Assembly (NCBI GenBank): GCA_958415665.1
Contig: CATYZK010000004.1
Coordinates: forward strand, 20,142 to 84,141
DNA: 64,000 bases
Source of the DNA: an uncultured Collinsella sp.
GTDB taxonomy: Bacteria; Actinomycetota; Coriobacteriia; Coriobacteriales; Coriobacteriaceae
Direction of reading: 5' to 3'
Position 1 is the first letter of the stretch, and every line of letters begins with the position of its first letter. Below, piece after piece: positions 8,171 through 20,318 of the stretch. The notes beneath the pieces are model-generated. The model ran no database searches, was not told the origin of the DNA, and was given only the letters and a program-made list of their open reading frames with translations. Position numbers and translations under genes: made by a program.

Positions 8171-10819
8171 ATGGTGAAAAAGTCACCGGAAAACACTACT
8201 CCCGCAATTGTGGACAACGTAGAGGCGCTTGAGGCTAAGCTCGCTCAGATGCGAGAGGCCCAGGCGCTTTTTGCTACGTACACGCAGGAGCAGGTCGACA
8301 AGATCTTCTACGAGGCCGCCATGGCCGCCAACAAGGCTCGTATCCCGTTGGCGAAGATGGCCATCGAGGAGACCGGCCGCGGCGTTCTTGAGGACAAGGT
8401 CATCAAGAACCACTACGCCGCAGAGTACATCTACAACGCTTACAAGAACACCAAGACCTGTGGTGTCCTGGAGCGCGACGAGGCCTACGGCATCACCAAG
8501 ATCGCCGAGCCCATCGGCATCGTGGGCGCCGTCATCCCGACGACCAACCCCACCTCCACCGCGATCTTCAAGACGCTGATCAGCCTGAAGACCCGCAACG
8601 GCATCATCATCTCCCCGCACCCGGCAGCCGCCAAGTGCACTATCGCCGCCGCCAAGCTCGTGCTTGACGCCGCCGTCAAGGCTGGCGCCCCCGAGGGCAT
8701 CATCGGCTGGGTCGATGTCCCCTCCATCGAGCTGACCAACATGGTCATGCGCGACGTCGACATCATCCTCGCCACCGGTGGCCCGGGCATGGTCAAGGCC
8801 GCTTACTCCTCGGGCAAGCCTGCCCTGGGCGTTGGCGCCGGTAACACCCCGGTCATCATCGACGACACTGCCGACGTGCTGCTCGCCGTCAACTCCATCA
8901 TCCACTCCAAGACCTTCGACAACGGCATGATCTGCGCTTCCGAGCAGTCCGTGACCGTCATCGACACCATCTATGACCAGGTTAAGGCCGAGTTCCAGAA
9001 GCGCGGCTGCTACTTCGTCAAGCAGGGTGCTGAGATGGAGGCCCTGCGTGCCGCCATGTTCAAGAACGGCGCCCTCGATCACCGCATCCCCGGCATGGCT
9101 GCCGCCAAGATCGCCGAGCTCGCCGGCATCGAGGTTCCCGCCAAGACCAAGATCCTGATCGCCGAGGTCACCTCCACCGACCCCGCCAAGGAAGAGTTCT
9201 CCCACGAGAAGCTCTCCCCGGTCCTGGCCATGTATCACGCCAAGGACTTCCAGGAGGCCGTCGACAAGGCCGAGCACCTGGTGCTCGCCGGTGGCCCGGG
9301 CCACACCGCCTCTCTGTATGTGCACCCCGCCCAGGCCGAGAAGATCAGCCTGTTCGAGCACGTCATGAAGGCCTGCCGTATCGTCATCAACACCCCGTCC
9401 TCGCACGGCGGCATCGGTGACCTGTACAACTTTGGCATGAAGCCGTCTCTGACCCTGGGCTGCGGCTCCTGGGGCGGCAACTCCGTCTCCGAGAACGTTG
9501 GGGTGAAGCACTTGATCAACGTTAAGACTGTGGCCGAGCGCCGTGAGAACATGCTGTGGTTCCGCGCTCCCGAGAAGGTCTACTTCAAGAAGGGTTCCAC
9601 GCCCGTCGCTCTCGACGAGCTCGGCACCGTCATGGGCAAGAAGCGCGCCTTCATCGTCACCGACCAGTTCCTCTTCAAGAATGGCAACACCCGCGCCATC
9701 GAGGCCAAGCTCGACGAGATGGGCATCGCCCACGACTGCTTCTACGACGTCGAGCCCGATCCGTCGCTGCAGTGCGCACGTCGCGGCGCCAAGCAGATGG
9801 CTCTCTTTGAGCCGGACGTCATCATCGCCGTCGGCGGTGGCTCCGCTATGGACGCCGGCAAGATCATGTGGATGATGTACGAGCACCCCGAGTGCAAGTT
9901 TGAGGACATGGCCATGGACTTCATGGACATCCGCAAGCGTATCTTCACCTTCCCCGAGATGGGCAAGAAGGCCTACTTCGTCGCCGTCCCGACCTCCTCG
10001 GGTACCGGCTCCGAGTGCACGCCGTTCGCCATCATCACCGACAAGGAGACCGGCATCAAGTGGCCGCTCGCCGACTACGCGCTGCTCCCCAACATGGCTA
10101 TCGTCGACGCCGACAACTGCATGACCGCCCCGCGCGGCCTGACCGCTGCCTCCGGCATCGACGTCATGACCCACGCCATCGAGTCCTACGTCTCCATCAT
10201 GGCTTCCGACTACACCAAGGGCCTCTCCGAGCGTGCTGCCAAGCTCGTCTTTGAGAACCTGCCCTCCAGCTTCGAGAACGGCGCCAAGGACCCGCACGCC
10301 CGCGAGGAGATGCACAACGCCTCCTGCATGGCCGGTATGGCCTTCGCCAACGCCTTCCTGGGCCTCAACCACTCCATGGCTCACAAGCTCGGCGCTTTCC
10401 ATCACCTGCCCCACGGCATCGCCAACGCTGTCATCCTGACCCGCGTCATGCGCTATAACGCCGCCGAGGCCCCCGTCAAGATGGGCACCTTCTCCCAGTA
10501 TCCTTACCCCAACGCGCTGCACAACTACGCCGAGATGGCCAAGTACTGCGGCATCGAGGGCAAGGACGACAAGGAGACCTTCGAAAACTTCATCACGAAG
10601 CTCGAGGAGCTCAAGGACTTCATCGGCGTCAAGAAGACCATCGCCGACTACGGTGTCGACGAGCAGTACTTCCTCGACACGCTCGACGAGATGACCGAGC
10701 AGGCATTCAACGACCAGTGCACCGGCGCTAACCCGCGCTACCCGCTCATGAGCGAGATCAAGGAGCTCTATCTGGACGCCTACTACGGCCGCGAGCCCCA
10801 GGACTACGCCGTCTGCTAG
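8171..10819 (+). CDS. adhE: bifunctional acetaldehyde-CoA / alcohol dehydrogenase
   Basis: 882 aa. N-terminal aldehyde dehydrogenase domain plus a C-terminal iron-containing alcohol dehydrogenase domain (GGGSAMDAGK, HxxxH). AAGGAG RBS. Confidence 0.97.
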   Translation: MVKKSPENTTPAIVDNVEALEAKLAQMREAQALFATYTQEQVDKIFYEAAMAANKARIPLAKMAIEETGRGVLEDKVIKNHYAAEYIYNAYKNTKTCGVLERDEAYGITKIAEPIGIVGAVIPTTNPTSTAIFKTLISLKTRNGIIISPHPAAAKCTIAAAKLVLDAAVKAGAPEGIIGWVDVPSIELTNMVMRDVDIILATGGPGMVKAAYSSGKPALGVGAGNTPVIIDDTADVLLAVNSIIHSKTFDNGMICASEQSVTVIDTIYDQVKAEFQKRGCYFVKQGAEMEALRAAMFKNGALDHRIPGMAAAKIAELAGIEVPAKTKILIAEVTSTDPAKEEFSHEKLSPVLAMYHAKDFQEAVDKAEHLVLAGGPGHTASLYVHPAQAEKISLFEHVMKACRIVINTPSSHGGIGDLYNFGMKPSLTLGCGSWGGNSVSENVGVKHLINVKTVAERRENMLWFRAPEKVYFKKGSTPVALDELGTVMGKKRAFIVTDQFLFKNGNTRAIEAKLDEMGIAHDCFYDVEPDPSLQCARRGAKQMALFEPDVIIAVGGGSAMDAGKIMWMMYEHPECKFEDMAMDFMDIRKRIFTFPEMGKKAYFVAVPTSSGTGSECTPFAIITDKETGIKWPLADYALLPNMAIVDADNCMTAPRGLTAASGIDVMTHAIESYVSIMASDYTKGLSERAAKLVFENLPSSFENGAKDPHAREEMHNASCMAGMAFANAFLGLNHSMAHKLGAFHHLPHGIANAVILTRVMRYNAAEAPVKMGTFSQYPYPNALHNYAEMAKYCGIEGKDDKETFENFITKLEELKDFIGVKKTIADYGVDEQYFLDTLDEMTEQAFNDQCTGANPRYPLMSEIKELYLDAYYGREPQDYAVC

Positions 10820-10836
10820 TTTTAGCACGGTTTTTA

Positions 10837-10875
10837 ACGGCGGGGGTGCACGGGTGTTTCACACACCCCCGCCGT
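10837..10875 (+). terminator. GC-rich hairpin after adhE (weak U-tract)
   Basis: ACGGCGGGGGTG / CACCCCCGCCGT 12-bp stem starting 18 nt after the stop, followed by CGCTTCTAT. Confidence 0.5.
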
Positions 10876-10907
10876 CGCTTCTATCGCATCGTTGAAAGGA
10901 TGCAACC

Positions 10908-11672
10908 ATGCTGCTACCCGATTCCAAGACCGAGCTCGTCCGCCGTGGCAACAAGGTCGTTTACGACCTGGGCGACAAGATCGTCAAGGTCTTCAACGAG
11001 ACCAAGCCTGTCTCCGACGTGTTCAACGAGGCTTTGAATCTTGCCCGCATCAATGAGTGCGGCATCCGCAGCCCCAAGGCTCTCGAGGTTTCCCAGCTCG
11101 AGAACGCCAACGGCTGGGCGCTTGTGACCGAGAAGGTCCCGGGCACCACCCTTGCCGAGAAGATGACTGCTGAGCCCCAGCGCTTCGGTGAGTACCTCGA
11201 GATGTTCGTCGACCTCCAGATCGAGATCCACGGCTACACCTCCCCGCTGCTCAACCGTCAGCGCGACAAGTTCGCCCGCATGATCGACAGCCTGGATCAG
11301 CTCAATGCCACCACGCGCTACAACCTTCAGGAGCGCCTGGACGGTATGACCAAGGAGTTCAAGGTCTGCCACGGCGACTTCAACCCCTCCAACGTCATCG
11401 TTGGCGACGACGGTCAGCTCTACGTCTGCGACTGGGCACACGCCACCCAGGGCTCCCCTGCCGCCGACGTTGCAACCACCTACCTGCTCTTTGCCCTCAA
11501 CAGCAAGGACCAGGCCGAGGCCTACCTGGAGCTCTACTGCGACCGCGCCGACATGCCCATGCAGGTCGTGCGTCAGTGGACGAGCATCGTCGCCGCTTCC
11601 GAGCTCGCTCGTAAGCGCAACGTGAACGATGAGTTCCTTAAGAACTGGATCGACGTCGTCGATTATCAGTAA
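10908..11672 (+). CDS. phosphotransferase-family protein (APH / choline kinase-like)
   Basis: Catalytic-loop HGDFNPSNVIV and the downstream CDWAHA (the DxD-like position of the APH/ChoK fold). Confidence 0.75.
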   Translation: MLLPDSKTELVRRGNKVVYDLGDKIVKVFNETKPVSDVFNEALNLARINECGIRSPKALEVSQLENANGWALVTEKVPGTTLAEKMTAEPQRFGEYLEMFVDLQIEIHGYTSPLLNRQRDKFARMIDSLDQLNATTRYNLQERLDGMTKEFKVCHGDFNPSNVIVGDDGQLYVCDWAHATQGSPAADVATTYLLFALNSKDQAEAYLELYCDRADMPMQVVRQWTSIVAASELARKRNVNDEFLKNWIDVVDYQ

Positions 11673-11703
11673 TATCTGAGCGATTTATTCGCATCGGAGG
11701 CAC

Positions 11704-11748
11704 AAAGGAAAACCCCGCAGCTCGTTTGGGCTGTGGGGTTTTCCTTTT
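11704..11748. terminator. bidirectional rho-independent terminator between the kinase gene and proS
   Basis: AAAGGAAAACCCCGCAGC / GCTGTGGGGTTTTCCTTT stem with T-runs on both strands. Confidence 0.7.
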
Positions 11749-11849
11749 AGGATTCGAATATATTGATGAGCAAAAGAACGGTCCCGTATCTCCCCTGTTT
11801 GGAGAAATGCGGGACCGCCCCGAAATACAGCTATCGGCGATGCCGTCGA

Positions 11850-13571
<1,722 letters not shown>

Positions 13572-14654
13572 TTATTTCTCCTCAATAAGCTTGTCGACCT
13601 CGGCCATAAGCGCGTCGACAATTTGATCCTCAGCTACTTTACCAATGATCTGGCCATGCGAAAAGAGCAGGCCCTGACCTCGTCCGCAGGCAACGCCCAA
13701 GTCGGCATCAGATGCCTCGCCGGGGCCGTTTACGGCACATCCCATGACGGCAATCGAAAGCGGTGCGGAGTAGTTTTTAAGCCGCTCAGTGACTTCCTCG
13801 GCGATGGGAATCAGGTTGACCTGGCAGCGTGCACACGTGGGACACGAAACGATCTCGGGACCACGACGACGCAATCCCAGCGACTGCAGAATTCCCCAGG
13901 CAACCGGCGGCTCCTCGACCGGATCGGCCGTGAGCGAGACGCGCATGGTGTCACCGATGCCCTCGGACAGCAGAATGCCAAGACCCACGGAGCTCTTGAT
14001 GGTGCCCTGCAGCTTGGTACCTGCCTCGGTCACACCAAGATGAAGCGGAACGTGGGGAATCTCACGCGACAGCGCGCGATAGGTATCGAGCGTCGTTTGC
14101 ACGCTATGGGCCTTGGCAGAAAGCACAATGTTGGTAAAGCCACGGTCCTCAAAGTGCCTGACGAAGCGCTCACTCGACATCACGAGTTTTTCGGGCTGCG
14201 TGAGGTCGTCGCGCTCGGCAATATCCCGCTCAAGCGAACCGGCATTGACGCCGATACGAATTGCACAACCCGCGGCACCCGCGGCATCAATCACCGCGTC
14301 AACCTTCGCCCAATCGCCGATATTGCCAGGATTGATGCGCAGCTTGGCAGCACTGGCCTCAACGGCGCCAATGGCGAGCTTATGGTTAAAGTGAATGTCC
14401 GCGACAATCGGCACCGGAGACTCGGCGCAGATGGTACGGAAGCCCTCAAGCGCGGCCTCGGTGGGCACGCTCACGCGCACGATATCGCAGCCCGCCTGCG
14501 CCAACGCGCGCACCTGCGCAAGCGTCGCCTGGGCATCGGCGGTATCGGTGCAGGTCATGGACTGAACCACGACCGGCGCGCCGCCACCGATCTGCACGTC
14601 GCCCACATGCACGGGGCGCGTCAGCTCGCGCGGAAAAGAATGGGATAGAGACAA
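13572..14654 (-). CDS. ispG: 4-hydroxy-3-methylbut-2-enyl diphosphate synthase
   Basis: VHVGDVQIGGGAPVVVQSM and the C-terminal CPTCxRC...GCAVNGPGE cluster. Start placed at TTG 14654 (AGGGGAG 8 nt upstream), because the ORF-track start overlaps rseP. Confidence 0.92.
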   Translation of the reverse strand: MSLSHSFPRELTRPVHVGDVQIGGGAPVVVQSMTCTDTADAQATLAQVRALAQAGCDIVRVSVPTEAALEGFRTICAESPVPIVADIHFNHKLAIGAVEASAAKLRINPGNIGDWAKVDAVIDAAGAAGCAIRIGVNAGSLERDIAERDDLTQPEKLVMSSERFVRHFEDRGFTNIVLSAKAHSVQTTLDTYRALSREIPHVPLHLGVTEAGTKLQGTIKSSVGLGILLSEGIGDTMRVSLTADPVEEPPVAWGILQSLGLRRRGPEIVSCPTCARCQVNLIPIAEEVTERLKNYSAPLSIAVMGCAVNGPGEASDADLGVACGRGQGLLFSHGQIIGKVAEDQIVDALMAEVDKLIEEK

Positions 14655-14667
14655 TCCAAACACTCCC

Positions 14668-16044
14668 CTACAGAATAAATCGAAGGATGTCGGAACGAAG
14701 CATATAGACAAACAGCAGTGCGAAGAGTGCGATGCCCACATAGCTCACAATCGTCTGGACCTTGAGCGGCAGCTCGCGGCCAGCAATCTTTTGAATGGTC
14801 TCGATGACCAGCTTGCCGCCGTCGAGCGGCGGGATAGGCAACAAGTTCATAAAGCCCAGCGAGAACGAGATGAGCGCGGCAAACGACAAGAACGTGATGG
14901 GACCGGCAGCAGCTGCCTGCGAAGACATGACGCTAATACCCACGATCGAGGAGGATTGATCGAGGATCTCCATCGTATGCTGCGGTTGGAGCAGGCGTAG
15001 CACGCCCTCAGCCGTCTGCGCAACATAGGAGAAGGAGAGGCGCGCCGAGGTGATGGGATCCAAACGAACCACCTGCGTAGAGGCATAAACGCCCAGGCGT
15101 TCGTTCTCTTTGAGTGCGACCGAGGTCGAGCACTGCTTGCCATCGCGCTCATACTCAATGGCAATATCGTCCTTACCGGCGGCCTTGCCGATGGCATCGT
15201 AGACATCCATCCAAGTGGAACATGAGACACCGTCAACCGAAAGGATCGCATCACCGGCCTCGATACCCGCCTTGGCGGCAATAGACCCCTCGTCAACCTG
15301 ACCGATCACGTTGGTATCCATCGGCACAGTGACACCCGCAATGGAATAGATGCTCATAAGGAGCAAAAAACCCGTCAAGATATTGACGATAATGCCCGCG
15401 AGCAGCATAAAGGCGCGCTTGAGAAAGCCTTGGCCAAGATAGGTGTGCGAGCGCTCTTGCGCAAGGAACTCGGCCTCGCCGCACGGCAGCTCCCACACAT
15501 CGCCCTCGGCAGTCGCATTTCCGCGATCGAAACGGCGACCATCAAAGGTGGTATAGCCTGCAGTATCTCGCGGCAACGTCTGATATTTGGTGGGATAGTA
15601 GCTCGGCGAGGGCTTCTCCCCTTCCTCATACCAGGGTGCGATGGAGCCCCAGCCCAGCAAAAGGGCGCATGCCTCGAGCACATCCCCCTCGGAAAGCTCG
15701 AGCTCGACAGCAAGGTCGACCACGGTCACGCGACCATGACGATAGATAGCCGCGAGCACGCGATCGGCGCACGAGACATCGGTCGGGTCCATACCGCAGA
15801 TGGCGGCATACCCACCCAACAGCAGCGGGGTCACGCCAAACTTGGTTCCAATGCGACGCGACGTGTAATGGATGTCAAAGCGACACGGCAGGCCCAAAAA
15901 GAACTCGGTCACGCGGACGCCGCAGGCACGCGCCGCCAAAAAGTGGCCGCCCTCATGCAAAAACACGAGGACGGAAAGCATCAGAAGGCCCCAAAAGACC
16001 GATGAGAGAAAGCTCAAAACGGTATCCATAAAACGAAAAAGCAA
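14668..16044 (-). CDS. rseP: RIP metalloprotease RseP (site-2 protease)
   Basis: HEGGH zinc motif in TM1, PDZ domain, NLLPIPPLDGG motif. The exact start is uncertain (TTG 16044 or ATG 16029). Confidence 0.9.
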   Translation of the reverse strand: MLFRFMDTVLSFLSSVFWGLLMLSVLVFLHEGGHFLAARACGVRVTEFFLGLPCRFDIHYTSRRIGTKFGVTPLLLGGYAAICGMDPTDVSCADRVLAAIYRHGRVTVVDLAVELELSEGDVLEACALLLGWGSIAPWYEEGEKPSPSYYPTKYQTLPRDTAGYTTFDGRRFDRGNATAEGDVWELPCGEAEFLAQERSHTYLGQGFLKRAFMLLAGIIVNILTGFLLLMSIYSIAGVTVPMDTNVIGQVDEGSIAAKAGIEAGDAILSVDGVSCSTWMDVYDAIGKAAGKDDIAIEYERDGKQCSTSVALKENERLGVYASTQVVRLDPITSARLSFSYVAQTAEGVLRLLQPQHTMEILDQSSSIVGISVMSSQAAAAGPITFLSFAALISFSLGFMNLLPIPPLDGGKLVIETIQKIAGRELPLKVQTIVSYVGIALFALLFVYMLRSDILRFIL

Positions 16045-16054
16045 TCCTTATGGG

Positions 16055-17242
16055 TTAGGAACGGGTTGCAGCGAGAACCTGTGCAGCCTTTGCGCGCGCC
16101 CAGGAATCGATTTCGCGGAGCTGCTCAAACGAAGCGACCGCCTGCGTATCGTGGGCATCCATGCAGGACTCCACAATGCGGTCGATATCGGTAAAGCTAC
16201 AGGCATCGTGCAGGAAGGCATCGACGGCGACCTCGTTGGCGGCATTAAGAACGCACGGCATGGTGCCGCCCGTCTTACCGGCGCGCTCGGCCAATGCAAG
16301 GCAGCGGAAGGTATCCATGTCGGCAGCATCAAAGGTGAGCTGGCCCAGCTCGCGGAAGTCGATACGCGGAGCCGGCGTATCCCAGCGCTCGGGATACGAG
16401 AAGGCAAACTGGATGGGAATACGCATGTCGGAAGCACCGAGATGCGCCATCACGGAGCCATCGGCGAACTCGACCATGGAGTGAATCTTGGACTGACGCT
16501 GCACGACGACGTTGATAAAGTCGAGATCGCAGTCGAACAGATGCATAGCCTCGATACGCTCCAGACCCTTGTTCATAAGGGTGGCGGAGTCGATAGTGAT
16601 CTTGGCGCCCATAGCCCAGGTGGGATGCGCCAGGGCATCGGCACGCGTCACGCGATCGAGCTCGTCACGCGTGCGGCCAAAGAACGGGCCACCCGAACAG
16701 GTGAGCCAAATGCAGTGGGCCTCGCGCGGGTTCTCCCCCAGATAGCACTGGTAGATGGCGGAGTGCTCGGAGTCGACCGGGATCAGCTGGCCCGGCTTTG
16801 CCAGAGGCATAAGCAGATCGCCGCCGACGACGAGTGACTCTTTGTTGGCCAGAGCAAGGCGCTTGTTCGAGGTCAGGGCTGCATGGCTCGCCTCGAGACC
16901 CGCCGCCCCCACAATGGCAACAAGCACGCAGTCGACATCATCGCGACATGCAAGCTCGCAGACCGCCTGCGCACCAACGCCGAGCTCGGTGCCCGCAGGC
17001 AACTCCTGCAGCACGGCGTCTTCACCATGAGCGGCATCGGCCACGGCAACCGCCGGAACCGAGAACTCACGGGCAGCCGCAACAAGCTCGGAAGTGCTGG
17101 AGTTGACGGACAGCGCCGTCACCTGCAGGCGATCGGCATGCTGACGGCACACGTCGAGCGCCTGGGTGCCGATAGAGCCCGTACAACCCAGGATGGCAAC
17201 GCGAAGGCGTCCATCGGGGCCATACGTCGTCTGGAAGGACAT
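16055..17242 (-). CDS. dxr: 1-deoxy-D-xylulose 5-phosphate reductoisomerase
   Basis: ILGCTGSIGTQ NADPH-binding motif. The start overlaps the cdsA stop (TAATG). Confidence 0.96.
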   Translation of the reverse strand: MSFQTTYGPDGRLRVAILGCTGSIGTQALDVCRQHADRLQVTALSVNSSTSELVAAAREFSVPAVAVADAAHGEDAVLQELPAGTELGVGAQAVCELACRDDVDCVLVAIVGAAGLEASHAALTSNKRLALANKESLVVGGDLLMPLAKPGQLIPVDSEHSAIYQCYLGENPREAHCIWLTCSGGPFFGRTRDELDRVTRADALAHPTWAMGAKITIDSATLMNKGLERIEAMHLFDCDLDFINVVVQRQSKIHSMVEFADGSVMAHLGASDMRIPIQFAFSYPERWDTPAPRIDFRELGQLTFDAADMDTFRCLALAERAGKTGGTMPCVLNAANEVAVDAFLHDACSFTDIDRIVESCMDAHDTQAVASFEQLREIDSWARAKAAQVLAATRS

Positions 17243-18141
17243 TACAGCACGCCTCCGATCATCAGCAACAGCTGCGCGGTAATGCAGCCAAAGATAAGCG
17301 AGTCGCTACGGTCGAGCATGCCGCCATGGCCCGGGATAAGGTTGCCGGAATCCTTGACGCCCACGCCACGCTTGATGCGCGACTCGATGAGGTCGCCGAT
17401 AACGCCCAGAATGGACACAACCACGCCGCACAGCAGCGCATAGGGCAGGCTGAGCTTGTAGAAGTGCGTCGCCCACAGGATGAGCCAAATCAAAACCGAG
17501 CCCAGGATGCCGCCGACAAACCCCTCCCAGCTCTTTTTGGGAGAAATCTTGGGAACCATCTTGTGCTTGCCGATACGGCTGCCCACGATGTAGGCAAACG
17601 AATCGGAGACCCAAAGGGACGCGCAAACGCCCACTGAAAGCAGGGCACCGGCAAAACCGGGCACGGCATCGCGCAGCAGCACGATAGCCGACAGCATAAA
17701 GCCAGTGTAGATGGGACCCATGAGCGTCACGGCCACATCAGAGATGCGGGTACGCGGCGACCAGACATACCAAATGCCCACAGCGAGCATCAAGGCAAAA
17801 AGCAGGGCATTCAGCAACATCGAATCGCCCAACGCCGACAGCGGAAAGAGTACGGCGGCAGCGATACCCATGCGCTCGTTAGCCATCTTGCCATCGAGCC
17901 TTGTCATACGGAAAAACTCATAGCAGCACAGACCGCTCATGACAGAAACAAAGATGGCCGTGGGCACGATACCCAAAACCAGGCACAGGATAAAGACAAC
18001 GGCGTAGACGATACCGGCGGCGGCACGGGTAATAAAGCCCGCCAGCCACGAACCGGTGCCGCTCTTCGCTGCAGGCGCTCCCGCAGTGGCAGCCTTACGC
18101 TCAGGCGTCTTGGGAGCAGTTGCCTTGGGACGATCGGACAC
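17242..18141 (-). CDS. cdsA: phosphatidate cytidylyltransferase
   Basis: Polytopic membrane protein with the C-terminal SxxKRxxxxKDxxxxxPGHGGxxDRxD signature. Confidence 0.9.
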   Translation of the reverse strand: MSDRPKATAPKTPERKAATAGAPAAKSGTGSWLAGFITRAAAGIVYAVVFILCLVLGIVPTAIFVSVMSGLCCYEFFRMTRLDGKMANERMGIAAAVLFPLSALGDSMLLNALLFALMLAVGIWYVWSPRTRISDVAVTLMGPIYTGFMLSAIVLLRDAVPGFAGALLSVGVCASLWVSDSFAYIVGSRIGKHKMVPKISPKKSWEGFVGGILGSVLIWLILWATHFYKLSLPYALLCGVVVSILGVIGDLIESRIKRGVGVKDSGNLIPGHGGMLDRSDSLIFGCITAQLLLMIGGVL

Positions 18142-18143
18142 GA

Positions 18144-18938
18144 TTAAGCCTCCTCGGTCTTGCTCAGTCCGCCAAACCTACGGTCGCGGCCCTGGTAGGC
18201 CAAAATGGCGTTGACAAGGCCCCAGCGATCAAAGTCCGGCCAATAGGTATCGGTGACGTAAAATTCGGAATAAGCCACCTGCCACAGCAGATAGTTCGAA
18301 AGGCGCAGCTCACCAGAGGTGCGAATCACAAGCTCAGGATCGGGAAGACCGGCGGTATAGAGGTGGGAAGCCACCATATCGTCATCAATTGCAGCGGGAT
18401 CGATCTTACCGGCGGCAGCGTCGAGTGCGATCTGACGGACAGCGCGGGTAATCTCGGCACGCGCGCCGTAGTTGACGGCAAGCGCCAGCGTCATACCGGT
18501 GTGATCGGCGCACTCGGCAAGACCGCGTTCAAAAACGTCGCGGGTCTTCTTGGGCAGCGCGGAAATGTCACCCAAAAAGACAACACGCACGTTTTCGCGC
18601 TTCAGAAGCGGCAGCTCGTCGATAAACGTCTTGGCAAACAGATGCATCAAGACGTTAACCTCATGCTGCGGACGGTTCCAGTTTTCGGTAGAAAACGCAT
18701 AGGCAGAAAGCACGTCGACGCCCAGGCGCACGCAGGCGGTAATGATCTCGCGCAGCGAGACGATACCTGCCTTATGACCCTCGGTGCGTGCAAGACCGCG
18801 CGACGTGGCCCAACGACCGTTGCCGTCCATGATGCACGAGATATGGTGCGGAATGTTATTGAGGTCAAGGTCGGAAAAACCGACGCCCGCAGGGGCGTCG
18901 GCAAAGTACTCGACCAGTTTATGCTCGTCGTATTGCAC
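18144..18938 (-). CDS. uppS: isoprenyl transferase (undecaprenyl diphosphate synthase)
   Basis: HISCIMDGNGRWA and the ELRLSNYLLWQ(V)AYSEFY cis-prenyltransferase motifs. Confidence 0.95.
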   Translation of the reverse strand: MQYDEHKLVEYFADAPAGVGFSDLDLNNIPHHISCIMDGNGRWATSRGLARTEGHKAGIVSLREIITACVRLGVDVLSAYAFSTENWNRPQHEVNVLMHLFAKTFIDELPLLKRENVRVVFLGDISALPKKTRDVFERGLAECADHTGMTLALAVNYGARAEITRAVRQIALDAAAGKIDPAAIDDDMVASHLYTAGLPDPELVIRTSGELRLSNYLLWQVAYSEFYVTDTYWPDFDRWGLVNAILAYQGRDRRFGGLSKTEEA

Positions 18939-18939
18939 C

Positions 18940-19476
18940 TTAGATCTCCATGACCTCGGCTTCTTTTTCCTTCAGAAGCTCCTCGACCTTGGCGACATAC
19001 TCATCGGTGTGCTTCTGGACCTTGGCCTGCTCGCGACGGACATCGTCCTCGGTGAGCTCCTCATCGCGCTCGAGCTTATTGTTGAAGTCACGACGGATGT
19101 TACGGATAGACACCTTGGCCTGCTCGGCGTACTCGCGGCACTCCTTAACGAGCTCGCGACGACGCTCCTCAGTGGGAGCCGGGAACGGCAGACGAACGAC
19201 GGTGCCATCGGAGTTGGGGGTAATGCCCAGATCGGAAGCGCCGATGGCCTTGACGATGGCGTTGATGAGCGCCTTGTCCCACGGCTCGATGAGCAGCATG
19301 TGGGCCTCGGGGGTCTTGACGGCGGCAACCTGCGTGACCGGCGTGGGGACACCGTAATAATCAACGGTGATGTCGGACAGAATGTTGGCGTTGGCGCGGC
19401 CGGTACGAACCTTGGAGAAGTTATGCTTGAGGGACTCGAGCGACTTGTCCATATGGGCGGTGATGTTCTCTGCCAT
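18940..19476 (-). CDS. frr: ribosome recycling factor
   Basis: 178 aa. Family-typical LRTGRAN-like motif (KVRTGRANANIL) and IRNIRRD. Confidence 0.96.
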   Translation of the reverse strand: MAENITAHMDKSLESLKHNFSKVRTGRANANILSDITVDYYGVPTPVTQVAAVKTPEAHMLLIEPWDKALINAIVKAIGASDLGITPNSDGTVVRLPFPAPTEERRRELVKECREYAEQAKVSIRNIRRDFNNKLERDEELTEDDVRREQAKVQKHTDEYVAKVEELLKEKEAEVMEI

Positions 19477-19478
19477 GC

Positions 19479-20201
19479 TTAATCCTCCTGATAGACGAGC
19501 GTGCCGACGGGCTCACCCGCGAGCGCGCGTTTGACGGTGTCCTCGCCATCGATGTTGAGGACCAAAATGGGCATACGGTTATCCTGGCACAGGGCCGTAG
19601 CCGTGGAATCCATAACCTGCAGGCCGCGAACGAGAACCTCGTGATAGGTAATCTTGTCAAAACGGACGGCATCGGCACACTTGACGGGATCCTTGTCGTA
19701 GATGCCGTCAACCTTGGTGGCTTTAATCAGAATCTCGGCGCCGATCTCGCACGCACGAAGAGCCGCGGCGGTGTCGGTCGTAAAGTACGGATTGCCCGAA
19801 CCGGCGGCAAAAATAACGACATTGCCCTTGGAAAGATGGTTGATGGCGCGACGGCGAATATAGGGCTCGCAGATCTCGTTCATCTGGATAGCGCTCATCA
19901 CGCGGCAGGGAACATCGTTATGCTCGAAGGCATCCTGCAGGGCGAGCGCGTTCATAACGGTCGCGAGCATGCCCATGTAGTCGGCCTGAGCACGCTCCAT
20001 GCCACCGGCAGCGCCGGCCATGCCGCGGAAAATATTGCCGCCGCCGACAACGACGCCGACCTCATGGCCAACGGCGAGCAGCTCCTTGACCTGCTTGGCA
20101 AGATGGTCGGTAACCTTGGGGTCGATGCCATATTGGCCGTCGCCCATCAGTGCTTCGCCGGAAAGCTTAAGAAGCACGCGTTTATATCGGATGTCGGACA
20201 A
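19479..20201 (-). CDS. pyrH: UMP kinase
   Basis: [13 protein letters not shown] and [10 protein letters not shown] motifs. Confidence 0.96.
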   Translation of the reverse strand: MSDIRYKRVLLKLSGEALMGDGQYGIDPKVTDHLAKQVKELLAVGHEVGVVVGGGNIFRGMAGAAGGMERAQADYMGMLATVMNALALQDAFEHNDVPCRVMSAIQMNEICEPYIRRRAINHLSKGNVVIFAAGSGNPYFTTDTAAALRACEIGAEILIKATKVDGIYDKDPVKCADAVRFDKITYHEVLVRGLQVMDSTATALCQDNRMPILVLNIDGEDTVKRALAGEPVGTLVYQED

Positions 20202-20260
20202 AGCGATCCTCCTTTAATTAGACTCTCAATATGATAACAAAGGCTTAACGGGGAGCCATG

Positions 20261-20294
20261 AAAAAGCAGGCTGTGAGTAAAACCCACAGCCTGC
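20261..20294 (-). terminator. rho-independent terminator after tsf
   Basis: The minus strand reads GCAGGCTGTG-loop-CACAGCCTGC followed by TTTTTCAT. Confidence 0.75.
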
Positions 20295-20318
20295 TCATTA
20301 CCAGCTACAAGAGCTTAT

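Noticed and set aside
8183-10828. 881-aa minus-strand ORF covering all of adhE
   Set aside because: It lies exactly antisense to an unmistakable adhE. Its translation is low-complexity and rich in G/V/D/L/A/H, as is typical of stop-poor antisense frames in high-GC DNA. It has no RBS or motif.
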